Below are positions 29,281 to 38,232 of a stretch of 64,000 nt of DNA, one piece after another (position 1 is the stretch's first letter; every line of letters begins with the position of its first letter). Both the position numbers and the translations under genes were made by a program. The stretch lies in the sequence record OR544954, one strand, 5' to 3'. A model generated the notes under the pieces. That model was not told where the DNA came from, searched no databases, and saw nothing but the letters and a program-made list of their open reading frames with translations. This stretch comes from Escherichia phage vB_EcoM_EP32a.

Positions 29281-30266
29281 TGAAAACAATTATGAAAGGC
29301 TACTTTGGTAGCCACCTTTATGGAACGTCTACTCCTGAATCTGACGTCGATTTTAAAGAAATTTATGTCCCTCATGCTCGTGATATCTTGACCGGTAACG
29401 TTAAAGAACACATGAGCAAGAACACGAATAACACATCTTCTAAGAACACAAAAGACGACGTGGACCACGAGTTGTATAGTCTCAAATATTTCTTTAAACT
29501 AGCTGCGGATGGTGAAACCGTCGCATTAGATATGCTTCACACTCCACAAAGTCTAGTAGTTAAATCTGATTTGCCTGATGTATGGAAGTATATTCAAGAT
29601 AACAGGTCTCGTTTCTATACCACTAACATGAAATCTTATTTAGGGTATGTCCGTAAGCAAGCTTCTAAATATGGTGTCAAGGGTTCTCGACTGGCTGTTC
29701 TTCGTCAAGCCCTTAAACGTTCTAATGAATGGGGACGATACTTTGATAATGGTGCCGTAATTCGTTTATCACATATGAAGAACGTTCTGCCTGTAGGTGA
29801 ATTTGCTTTGTGGGTTGAAACCGAAAACGAGAAAACAGGTAAGCAAACATTCTATAATCTGTTAGACCGTAAATTCCAAGACACATTAACCAATAAAGAG
29901 TTCAATGCCATCCTGGTTAAACTAGAAGAGAACTATGGTGAACGTGCTCGTAAGGCAGAAGCTAACGAAGGTATTGACTGGAAAGCATTGAGTCATGCAT
30001 GTCGTGGTGGACTTCAATTATTGGAAATTTACAAAACCGGCGACCTGGTTTACCCACTTCAGGATGCTCCGTTTATTCTCGATGTTAAGCTTGGTAAACA
30101 TACGTTTAAAACCGTACAAGAATTCCTAGAAGATATCGTTGACCAAGTTGAACATGCGTCAGAACAAGCTGCCAAGAACGGTATGCAACAAAAAGTAGAT
30201 ATGAGTTTCTGGGATGATTTCCTTGAGCAAGTCTATCTCGAAAATCATAATTCTTACTATAAATAA
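29277..30266 (+). CDS. pol-beta-superfamily nucleotidyltransferase-fold protein
   Basis: N-terminal FGSHLYGTSTPESDVDF fits the G[GS]x(9-13)DhD motif. Confidence 0.55.
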   Translation: MMKTIMKGYFGSHLYGTSTPESDVDFKEIYVPHARDILTGNVKEHMSKNTNNTSSKNTKDDVDHELYSLKYFFKLAADGETVALDMLHTPQSLVVKSDLPDVWKYIQDNRSRFYTTNMKSYLGYVRKQASKYGVKGSRLAVLRQALKRSNEWGRYFDNGAVIRLSHMKNVLPVGEFALWVETENEKTGKQTFYNLLDRKFQDTLTNKEFNAILVKLEENYGERARKAEANEGIDWKALSHACRGGLQLLEIYKTGDLVYPLQDAPFILDVKLGKHTFKTVQEFLEDIVDQVEHASEQAAKNGMQQKVDMSFWDDFLEQVYLENHNSYYK

Positions 30267-30297
30267 GTAGATAAATAACCCTTAACTTGAGGTAAAT

Positions 30298-30579
30298 ATG
30301 AAAAAATTAGCAATTGGTTTATTCGCAGTAATGATGGCATTCTCTGTTGGTGCTACCACGGGTGCAGCCAGCGGTAGTGCAGGAGCTGGTGGTAACCAGT
30401 CTTCTGGGCCTTCCAACGGTTCGGTAAATGCATCACATTCTCAGGGTATTGAGAATATCAAATCGAGCTATATTAATAGCACGGCCGGACAAGCAACTGA
30501 AGCATGGTCAAAGGGTCGAGTAGTTACTCGCTCCGTATTCTGTGATATGCCTAATTATGTTGCTAAGTGCGATAAGTAA
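30298..30579 (+). CDS. secreted Gly/Ser-rich small protein
   Basis: Signal peptide MKKLAIGLFAVMMAFSVGA; two C-terminal Cys. Confidence 0.55.
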   Translation: MKKLAIGLFAVMMAFSVGATTGAASGSAGAGGNQSSGPSNGSVNASHSQGIENIKSSYINSTAGQATEAWSKGRVVTRSVFCDMPNYVAKCDK

Positions 30580-30583
30580 ATGT

Positions 30584-30604
30584 GGGGACCTTCGGGTCCC
30601 TTTA
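30584..30604 (+). terminator. stem-loop terminator (UUCG loop)
   Basis: GGGACC-TTCG-GGTCCC then TTT. Confidence 0.45.
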
Positions 30605-30628
30605 GGGGGTTAAAATATTTTTAAAAAG

Positions 30629-30668
30629 TAGTGTACATGCTTTTAGGATATGTTATTATAGACCTATC
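30629..30668 (+). promoter_or_regulatory. T4-type early promoter
   Basis: GTGTACA ... TATTAT. Confidence 0.45.
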
Positions 30669-30676
30669 GAAACGAA

Positions 30677-31678
30677 ATGAGTAAATTGGAGAATAAAATG
30701 TTCAACGTTCAAATCAAAAAAGGTATCTATCGTAATAACGAAATCTCTGGTTCTTATGTTGCCACAAAGACCTGGTTCCCGGCAAAGCTTAATCCTGAAT
30801 GTTCCCACTTAGGTGATGGTAAAATTTTCGTTATGATTGATGGTTCTGAACGTGGAGTATGGGTCTTCAAATCAGACATCGTAATGGAAGGAGTTGAGAC
30901 GTCGCCAGTTGCAGTTGTTGAAAGCACTGAAGATATGAAAACTCGTATCAACAAACGCTTTAAAGTAATGAACATGATGACGAATGGCATTATCGATGGC
31001 AAAATTCGTTCACTCATTATTTCAGGTGCAGCTGGTATTGGTAAGACGTATTCTCTGGATAAAGCACTTAATAATGCTAATGATAATGGTTTCATCAAAT
31101 ACAAAAGCATTAATGGTAAAATCTCCGGTATTGGCCTTTACGAACAACTTTGGCTCAACCGTGATGCAGATAGCGTTCTCTTAATCGACGACGTTGATGT
31201 ATTCTCGGATATGGATATCTTAAACCTTCTTAAAGCAGCATTAGATACCGGAGATAAACGCAAAGTTTGTTGGAGCACTGCGTCATCTTATCTCGAGGAT
31301 AAGGGTATTGATAAAGAATTTGAGTTTGAAGGTACTATCGTTTTCATTACAAACGTTGATATCGATAAAGAGTTAGAACGGGGTTCGAAACTTGCTCCAC
31401 ACCTTCAAGCTTTAGTATCTCGTTCAGTGTATCTCGACCTTGGAGTACACTCTAATGAAGAGATTATGGTTCGAGTTGAAGATGTAATATTATCTACTGA
31501 CATGATGCAGAAACGTGGTCTGACGGATGCAGAAACGTATAAAGCATTGTCCTGGATGAAGGCTAACGTATCTCGTCTTCGCAATGTATCATTACGTACG
31601 GCTCTTTATGTAGCAGATTTTATTTCAACCGATAAAGATGGTTGGGAGGAAATCTCGGAAGTTACTTTACTGAAATAA
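30677..31678 (+). CDS. P-loop ATPase (AAA-like)
   Basis: Walker A GAAGIGKTY, Walker B VLLIDDVD. Confidence 0.6.
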   Translation: MSKLENKMFNVQIKKGIYRNNEISGSYVATKTWFPAKLNPECSHLGDGKIFVMIDGSERGVWVFKSDIVMEGVETSPVAVVESTEDMKTRINKRFKVMNMMTNGIIDGKIRSLIISGAAGIGKTYSLDKALNNANDNGFIKYKSINGKISGIGLYEQLWLNRDADSVLLIDDVDVFSDMDILNLLKAALDTGDKRKVCWSTASSYLEDKGIDKEFEFEGTIVFITNVDIDKELERGSKLAPHLQALVSRSVYLDLGVHSNEEIMVRVEDVILSTDMMQKRGLTDAETYKALSWMKANVSRLRNVSLRTALYVADFISTDKDGWEEISEVTLLK

Positions 31679-31815
31679 GCTTATAGGAAGTTCTTAGGTA
31701 ACAAAAGCCATAAAGATGAATAATCATATGGCTTACCTCAAAGAAGGACACCAGGAACCTACTGAGGGCATAGAAATATTTAAAATAACGATGTACAAAT
31801 CAAAGAGGATATGTT

Positions 31816-32103
31816 ATGGATTTTATGCAAAAAATTAAAGCCGCAGTCGAACTGTATGCTCATCGTATGGTTAGTTCTACGATGCAATATAGTGAGGAGG
31901 TTCGCCATGACTCTTCCTTGAAAGGAAAAACTAAAGCCTTAATTACCTTAGATCGTTTGCAAAAGAATGCCATAGAGATGCTCCAGTACGACAAGGGTGT
32001 ATATAAGAAAGAACAGGAAGAGAAACTTAAATCTGAAAAATTACAAAAAATCCCGAAGTCTGTTTGGTTCAGTGGAAAAAATACCGAAAAAAGTTTCTTT
32101 TAG
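31816..32103 (+). CDS. hypothetical protein
   Basis: 95 aa. Confidence 0.5.
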   Translation: MDFMQKIKAAVELYAHRMVSSTMQYSEEVRHDSSLKGKTKALITLDRLQKNAIEMLQYDKGVYKKEQEEKLKSEKLQKIPKSVWFSGKNTEKSFF

Positions 32104-32104
32104 T

Positions 32105-32142
32105 TGTTTACAAGGTCTATGGTTATGTTATTATAGACCTAT
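32105..32142 (+). promoter_or_regulatory. T4-type early promoter with flanking inverted repeat
   Basis: GTTTACA ... TATTAT; AGGTCTAT/ATAGACCT. Confidence 0.5.
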
Positions 32143-32161
32143 CAACTACTGGAGGTAAAAC

Positions 32162-32689
32162 ATGAACGCTAAAGATATTTTCAACCTGGTAAATTATAAC
32201 GACGGTAAATTTAAATCTGAAGCACAAAGCAAGTTCTTTAATGACGTTGCTTATGGTAACGAGATTACCGTGGACGGAGGTCAGATTTTCAAATCTCGCT
32301 GGAATTGGATTGTTATCATCGATTCAGTTGGAATTGTGGAAGTCTACAAAAACACTAACAAAAAACGTACATTATTCTGGTCTCGTGAAACTAACGAGCA
32401 GTACAAAAAGGATAAAGCATCTCGTTTATCCAAAGTAACCCAGGAAGATATCGACTTCATCAAGAAAGATATCGAGATGTACGAAAATTTAATTGCTGAA
32501 GACCAGGCAGTACTCGATAAGTTTGATGAAATTAAAGCTTCTCGTGAAATCCCTGACTTCATGAAAGAAACAGTAAACGAACGATACGCTCTCACTTCAG
32601 AACGTATTGCAAACTATACAAAACAGAAAGCAGAACGTATTAGTACTCTTCGGAAATTTGAAGAACGTTTAAAGACGGTTCACGCATAA
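32162..32689 (+). CDS. hypothetical protein
   Basis: 175 aa. Confidence 0.55.
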   Translation: MNAKDIFNLVNYNDGKFKSEAQSKFFNDVAYGNEITVDGGQIFKSRWNWIVIIDSVGIVEVYKNTNKKRTLFWSRETNEQYKKDKASRLSKVTQEDIDFIKKDIEMYENLIAEDQAVLDKFDEIKASREIPDFMKETVNERYALTSERIANYTKQKAERISTLRKFEERLKTVHA

Positions 32690-32751
32690 ACGCTTTACCC
32701 AAGGACGGGTTATAATGGTTTTGAGTTCCAATTCAATCTGAGGAAATAGTT

Positions 32752-33747
32752 ATGAGCATTACATCTGATGCGGTAAAACATGAAATTAACGGTTTATGTG
32801 CTTCACAGATTAAAGTGTGGTTTAAAGACCATAATGATCGCAGAGCACTTAATTATGAACGAATTGCTATCCAAGTTCATCAATTACTGGTTAGTAAATT
32901 TGATTTTCATATGCCGTCTGAAATCTATACTAATCTACCTCGAGCGCTTATTAAAGCGTGTAAAGGCTACGGAAAATCAATGGCTGATGGAATCTTCAGC
33001 GCGCTGAATAAACTTAACGTTCTGTCGATGATTAACTCTAACAACATCCTGCGTAATCTAGGACGTACTGATTTGTTCGGTCGTGAACAGTGTAAAATGC
33101 CTTTGAAATGGATTGTTGCTCATCTTAACGAGAACCAAACACGTTTTATGGCCGTAACAGCACGTTTACAAATGGGCCTAGATCGTCAGATGAACTTTAA
33201 AACTCATCCACGTTATTCAGGTTCAACTGACTTTTATAAATGCGAGCTTCAAAAGGTTGCAGGCAAAACTGTCTTAGTAGTTCGTGTAACGTTTGAAGGA
33301 CGACGTCAAGGATATTTTGACCTAATTGGCTCTGGTCTCAAACATTGTGGATTTATCGACGAAGTTGATATCAAGCGAGACGGCACTGGATACCGTATTG
33401 GATATGTTTGCACTCTTAAAGAAGAGATTTCGGGACCAGCACCAGGACTAAAAGACGTTAGATATAAAGACGAGCTAGTTGAAGAAATAAAAGAAGTTGA
33501 ATATGATATCAACCAAGAAGATGCTCTTAAAGACCTTATTGACGAACTAAACCAAGACGTTATTCCGGTTCAGAAATTTGAATCAAAACATGCTGAGCAA
33601 ATCAAATACTTTGAAGCTTTGATTAACGAACTTAATGTAACTATTCAGCAGACTGACGATGAAATCTCACGATTAGCAGGCTTAAATGGTAAAAATAAAA
33701 CAGAACGAGCTAATCTTATTCAAGTAGTAAAACTTCTTAAGGAATGA
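32752..33747 (+). CDS. hypothetical protein with C-terminal coiled coil
   Basis: 331 aa. Confidence 0.55.
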   Translation: MSITSDAVKHEINGLCASQIKVWFKDHNDRRALNYERIAIQVHQLLVSKFDFHMPSEIYTNLPRALIKACKGYGKSMADGIFSALNKLNVLSMINSNNILRNLGRTDLFGREQCKMPLKWIVAHLNENQTRFMAVTARLQMGLDRQMNFKTHPRYSGSTDFYKCELQKVAGKTVLVVRVTFEGRRQGYFDLIGSGLKHCGFIDEVDIKRDGTGYRIGYVCTLKEEISGPAPGLKDVRYKDELVEEIKEVEYDINQEDALKDLIDELNQDVIPVQKFESKHAEQIKYFEALINELNVTIQQTDDEISRLAGLNGKNKTERANLIQVVKLLKE

Positions 33748-33777
33748 TGTACAACCAAGGATGGTTGGAGTATAATA
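33747..33777 (+). promoter_or_regulatory. T4-type early promoter
   Basis: ATGTACAACCAAGGATGGTTGGAGTATAAT; near-copy at 34637. Confidence 0.5.
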
Positions 33778-33802
33778 AATTTTTCAACATGAGGAATATA
33801 AA

Positions 33803-34633
33803 ATGGCTTTTATTACACGTAGAGAACTTATCAAAGAATTTACCTCTAACGCATATACTCCAGGACCTAATCCTATCCGTATGCCTGTAAAGACTCCTGA
33901 AGAGATTGAGGAAATCTGTTCATATTATGGGATTACTTCTCGTAAGTTTACTCAATTTGAATGTGTTACTAACACACCCGTTAAAGAGTTCATTAAAAAT
34001 GGCGAGTTCAGCCGTTTATTAGCCAAACAGAAACTTCGTAATTTTTGTATCGGCGGTGAAGGACAATATTTCGCTAAGCAGTTCCGAAATAACCTTAACA
34101 ATCTGATGGCCATTGCTTCTCGTATTCGTCCTCAAGCAATTAACATGAAACATTTGAAATATACTTACGATAAGTTAGAAATCATGGTTATCAGTGAGAA
34201 CGAGTTCACTCTTACATATAATCCTAAGAATGATAACGTTGCTCGTGTATTCCACCAAGCACTGGAAGTTTTAGGCGATAATATCCACCAGATTAAAGCG
34301 ATTTATTCTCGTGAGCTTAATATTATTGACCCTATCAAGAATAAGGGCAATATCGCTATCCAGGCTCGTGTATCTATTGGTAAAAAGGTTCCTGCGCCAT
34401 GGTGGCACAAAGACTCTGAATACTATCAAAATCTTAAAAAGGAAAATGCATTGTTTGAAGCTCTTCTTCCGGCCGAAGATTACCATTACAATCAAATCAA
34501 GGCCACTATGGACCAACTGTCTGTTGAACTTGACAAAGCACAAGCTAAGCTTCGTGATGCTCAACAAGTAGTTACCAATCTCCAGTTGCAGTACTCTAAA
34601 CTTTTTAACGCAATGAATGCATTAAAATCATAA
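33803..34633 (+). CDS. hypothetical protein with C-terminal coiled coil
   Basis: 276 aa. Confidence 0.55.
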   Translation: MAFITRRELIKEFTSNAYTPGPNPIRMPVKTPEEIEEICSYYGITSRKFTQFECVTNTPVKEFIKNGEFSRLLAKQKLRNFCIGGEGQYFAKQFRNNLNNLMAIASRIRPQAINMKHLKYTYDKLEIMVISENEFTLTYNPKNDNVARVFHQALEVLGDNIHQIKAIYSRELNIIDPIKNKGNIAIQARVSIGKKVPAPWWHKDSEYYQNLKKENALFEALLPAEDYHYNQIKATMDQLSVELDKAQAKLRDAQQVVTNLQLQYSKLFNAMNALKS

Positions 34634-34636
34634 ATC

Positions 34637-34668
34637 AGTTTACAACCAAGGATGGTTGGAGTATAATG
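34637..34668 (+). promoter_or_regulatory. T4-type early promoter
   Basis: GTTTACAACCAAGGATGGTTGGAGTATAAT. Confidence 0.5.
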
Positions 34669-34695
34669 AATCTATCTTAACGAGAGGAAAATATT

Positions 34696-35646
34696 ATGAC
34701 ACGTTCACATTACATTGATTATTTTGCAGGTCTTATCGCTAATGTTCATGCCCAACGTGCTTCTGGTTCATTAGGATTTGATGTTCCACACCGAGATGTA
34801 GTAAGTGGTATTCTTCGCGATTTTGGTACATATACCGGCCAAGAAAATCATATCTGTAAAGATACTCAAAATGCGTATTCTCATTCATTAGGGACACTGC
34901 TTCAATGGTTCAAACGTTCTCGTTTATTATCTTCTACTGTAGCTCGCGATAACATTAAAAACTTTATGAAACCGAGCTTTATTAAATCTGTGACATCTAA
35001 AACCGATTTGGTTGAATTCACTATTGTTAATGATGTTAAAAAGACTCATTTAGCTGATTGGTTATCTACCATTCCTGAAACTAAATTTGCTGATAAATTT
35101 GCTTGTGAATTCAATAACCAAGTGAATATGCTTTTTAAACATTCTCGTAAATTATTCACTGGCGGTGATGGTCGTACAAATAAAGTTCATGTTAAAGATT
35201 GGGTTACTGCAGTATTCAAACCAACCGGTAATGGTAACGCATCATTATCAATTGATATCCAGGTTCCTTATTACTACTCATGTAATCTCGGTACCATGAA
35301 AGCCGAAGAAATTAAGAAGCACAATAAAACCGTTCGTTCGCTGTCTTATAAACTTCGCATGATGTTAAGAGTCATGGACGTGGTAGAAATGTATGATGAA
35401 ACCGAAGATAATGGTTCAATGTTATACAGTTCTCGCATTCAAATTAAGTTGAAGAACCCTAACGAGTATAAGCCTAAGCCTATTAAAGAGCCTAAAGCAG
35501 AAAAAGTTGATAACTTAAGAGAAGAACGTGAGTACCTCAAATCTCGTCTGAAAGAAGTCGAAGCCCAGATTGCAGAACAAACTAAATCGTTAAAAGCTCT
35601 GAATGCGAAAGCGGACGGTTTACGAAATGCCATTGAGGTTTTATAA
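34696..35646 (+). CDS. hypothetical protein with C-terminal coiled coil
   Basis: 316 aa. Confidence 0.55.
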   Translation: MTRSHYIDYFAGLIANVHAQRASGSLGFDVPHRDVVSGILRDFGTYTGQENHICKDTQNAYSHSLGTLLQWFKRSRLLSSTVARDNIKNFMKPSFIKSVTSKTDLVEFTIVNDVKKTHLADWLSTIPETKFADKFACEFNNQVNMLFKHSRKLFTGGDGRTNKVHVKDWVTAVFKPTGNGNASLSIDIQVPYYYSCNLGTMKAEEIKKHNKTVRSLSYKLRMMLRVMDVVEMYDETEDNGSMLYSSRIQIKLKNPNEYKPKPIKEPKAEKVDNLREEREYLKSRLKEVEAQIAEQTKSLKALNAKADGLRNAIEVL

Positions 35647-35951
35647 TGAAACTACGTCTTTTAGAGGATATTGACATGAGCACTAATCATGGCTTGGTTA
35701 AGTTTATTGACGATAGTTCAAAGATTGAATTTGTTCAGCGAGATAAAATCCACGGTGAAGAAGAGTTCGTTCCTCCGGCATGGAACGAAATAATGAAAAT
35801 GGTTGAACGACGTGAAAATGCTGCCAAATCGGCAGCAAAACATCCATGCCCGGAATGTGGAACTATCCAAGTCCAACTGGTTAACTGGACCAGTGATAAC
35901 TTGAAATTGAAATGCCGTAAATGCTTCCACAAATTTGAGAGAACATTATAA
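35646..35951 (+). CDS. zinc-ribbon protein
   Basis: CPECG ... CRKC four-Cys motif. Confidence 0.5.
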   Translation: MKLRLLEDIDMSTNHGLVKFIDDSSKIEFVQRDKIHGEEEFVPPAWNEIMKMVERRENAAKSAAKHPCPECGTIQVQLVNWTSDNLKLKCRKCFHKFERTL

Positions 35952-36364
35952 TGAGATATAGCCTTCGTTGTTTTATCGCAGCTTTAGTTTTTGCTATTAT
36001 TCCATTCATTTGGAACAGCCAGAATACTTACATGGAAACTAAAGTAATTCCCGTGGAGGTAGTGGAATTAATCTCAGGCCAATCTACAGGAAAATATTCT
36101 AAATTAGAATTTATTGCAGTCTATAAAGATGAGCAAGGACGAGTTTTTGACAGGCGTATATCACCGTCGTTTTATACGCTTCTGAATAAAGGTGATACGA
36201 TAGCTATAGAAATTCGTGAGATGGATATCAAACAAACTACTAAAGATAACTTGATTTGGTTCTTTGGTACAGTGTTGTTGGTTTCTATCTGTATCACAGG
36301 TTTTATTACATGTATTGTATTTGGCATTGCATATTTAATCGATGAAAGGAAAAATAATGTTTAA
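35951..36364 (+). CDS. membrane protein
   Basis: N- and C-terminal hydrophobic segments. Confidence 0.5.
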   Translation: MRYSLRCFIAALVFAIIPFIWNSQNTYMETKVIPVEVVELISGQSTGKYSKLEFIAVYKDEQGRVFDRRISPSFYTLLNKGDTIAIEIREMDIKQTTKDNLIWFFGTVLLVSICITGFITCIVFGIAYLIDERKNNV

Positions 36365-36620
36365 AGTGTACGGGTATGACTCTACTATTCATAAATGCAT
36401 TTATTGCGATAATGCGAAACGATTGCTGACTGTTAAGAAACAGCCGTTCGAATTCATTAATGTTATGCCAGAAAAAGGTGTTTTTGATGATGAGAAAATT
36501 GCTGAGCTTCTGACTAAGCTCGGGCGTGAAACAAAAGTCGGATTGACAATGCCACAGGTATTTGCTCCTGATGGAACTTTGATCGGCGGATTTGACCAAC
36601 TGCGAGAATATTTTAAATGA
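36357..36620 (+). CDS. nrdC: glutaredoxin/thioredoxin NrdC
   Basis: MFKVYGYDSTIHKCIYCDNAKRLL..., CxxC, matches recalled T4 NrdC. Confidence 0.9.
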   Translation: MFKVYGYDSTIHKCIYCDNAKRLLTVKKQPFEFINVMPEKGVFDDEKIAELLTKLGRETKVGLTMPQVFAPDGTLIGGFDQLREYFK

Positions 36621-36640
36621 GACCTGCGAGAATATTTTAA

Positions 36641-36997
36641 ATGACATATTCATTAAATCTTAAAGATTTCCAAGATGTATACGAAGTTTGTGCCAATGAA
36701 CTTGGTCCTGATGCTCCAACTATTATTGAAGTTTTAAATGTGCTCCCTTCATCATTAGCTTACGAAGCCAAATCATGGGGTTGGAACGACACTGTCGTTC
36801 GTGATGACCTTTACGTCCTGATGAACGATATGATGGTTAAAAAGGCAGAACCGGTTGCACCAATTGTTACCATTACCGTTGAAGAATATAATCGCCTGCA
36901 AGCCATTGAAGAGCTTCTGTGGAACATTGAATGTGACCTGCCATCCGGACTAGAATCCTGGATTGATTATGAAGAGCTCAATAAACTCCGGGGTTAA
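36641..36997 (+). CDS. hypothetical acidic protein
   Basis: 118 aa; its ATG lies inside the second copy of a 21-bp repeat. Confidence 0.55.
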   Translation: MTYSLNLKDFQDVYEVCANELGPDAPTIIEVLNVLPSSLAYEAKSWGWNDTVVRDDLYVLMNDMMVKKAEPVAPIVTITVEEYNRLQAIEELLWNIECDLPSGLESWIDYEELNKLRG

Positions 36998-37125
36998 ACC
37001 ATGGTATTCGGCTCGATGGGAGACAGTCGAGCCAGACGTCGAAACAGTTTACAATGACGAAGAAACGTGTTATGATGAACCTTCAATAAATGAATTAATT
37101 GATATGGAAATGGGAAGAGATTATT

Positions 37126-37296
37126 ATGCAAGTTAAATTATTGTACCGTTTATTAAAAAATGGCAAGCATGATTGGTATTTGCTTATTAAAACCGATCCG
37201 AATTTTTTCTCTGGACAACCATTTACAGTTCGTCCTACTAAACGTCAGCTTCGCAAAGCTAAACGTTCCCATCGTAACTTTTATAGAGAATATTGA
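37126..37296 (+). CDS. small basic protein
   Basis: 56 aa. Confidence 0.4.
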   Translation: MQVKLLYRLLKNGKHDWYLLIKTDPNFFSGQPFTVRPTKRQLRKAKRSHRNFYREY

Positions 37297-37297
37297 T

Positions 37298-37723
37298 ATG
37301 AATATTTCTGAAACTCGCGGTAAATGGTTCAAGATTGTTAAAGAAGACGAAGAACTCCAAGATAAGTTTCCTGAATTAAAGAAAGATACGATCATCAAGG
37401 TAATTGGTACTACTACCGAAGATGGTTATGGCGACCATGGCATTATCGAAGTGATGTTGAACACAGGTGAGAAACTTTGCATCTATGACCGTGATACTTC
37501 TCTTTGGTGCTTCTGGGAATCCCATTCAATAGATGAACTCGAAGAAATTGATTCGGCTGATATTGCGGATGTGCTAGGTAGTAAACTTGGTGAATTCGAA
37601 GGTGAACGAATTTCTTATGCATTAGCTAAATTAGCTGGACAAGAAAATAACGACGGCTATGAAGGTAACCTGATGCAAGCAGCCGCAGAATACATTGAAT
37701 ATTTAGAAAGACGTTTAAGTTAA
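37298..37723 (+). CDS. hypothetical acidic protein
   Basis: Start moved to ATG 37298 (MNISETRGKWF). Confidence 0.5.
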   Translation: MNISETRGKWFKIVKEDEELQDKFPELKKDTIIKVIGTTTEDGYGDHGIIEVMLNTGEKLCIYDRDTSLWCFWESHSIDELEEIDSADIADVLGSKLGEFEGERISYALAKLAGQENNDGYEGNLMQAAAEYIEYLERRLS

Positions 37724-37728
37724 TAAAT

Positions 37729-37757
37729 ACCCTTATCTATTTATGGTAAGGGTTTAT
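37729..37757 (+). terminator. possible stem-loop terminator
   Basis: ACCCTTA ... TAAGGGT then T-rich. Confidence 0.35.
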
Positions 37758-37758
37758 T

Positions 37759-38232
37759 ATGTTATTATCTGGCAAATTATACAAAGAAGAAAAACAAAAA
37801 TTTTATGATGCACAGAATGGTAAGTGTCCTATTTGCCACCGTGAATTAGACCCTGATGTTCAAGGTAACCATCTTGACCACGACCACGAATTAAACGGGC
37901 CAAAAGCAGGTAGAGTTCGTGGGTTACTCTGTAATCTGTGCAACGCAGCAGAAGGCCAAATGAAGCATAAGTTCAACCGTTCCGGTCTTAAAGGACGTGA
38001 TGTCGACTACCTCGAATGGCTTGAAGCTCTTCTTGCTTATTTGAAACAAGATTATTCTGATAATAATATCCATCCTAATTTTGTTCCAGACAAAACTAAA
38101 GAGTTCTCAAGACTAGGTAAAGAGGAAATGATGACTGAGATGCTTCAAAGAGGATTTGAATATAATGAATCTGATACCAAAACACAATTAATAGCTTCAT
38201 TCAAAAAGCAGCTTAGAAAGAGTTTAAAATGA
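37759..38232 (+). CDS. 49: endonuclease VII (Holliday junction resolvase) gp49
   Basis: MLLSGKLYKEEKQKFYDAQNGKCPICHREL..., near-identical to recalled T4 gp49. Confidence 0.93.
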   Translation: MLLSGKLYKEEKQKFYDAQNGKCPICHRELDPDVQGNHLDHDHELNGPKAGRVRGLLCNLCNAAEGQMKHKFNRSGLKGRDVDYLEWLEALLAYLKQDYSDNNIHPNFVPDKTKEFSRLGKEEMMTEMLQRGFEYNESDTKTQLIASFKKQLRKSLK

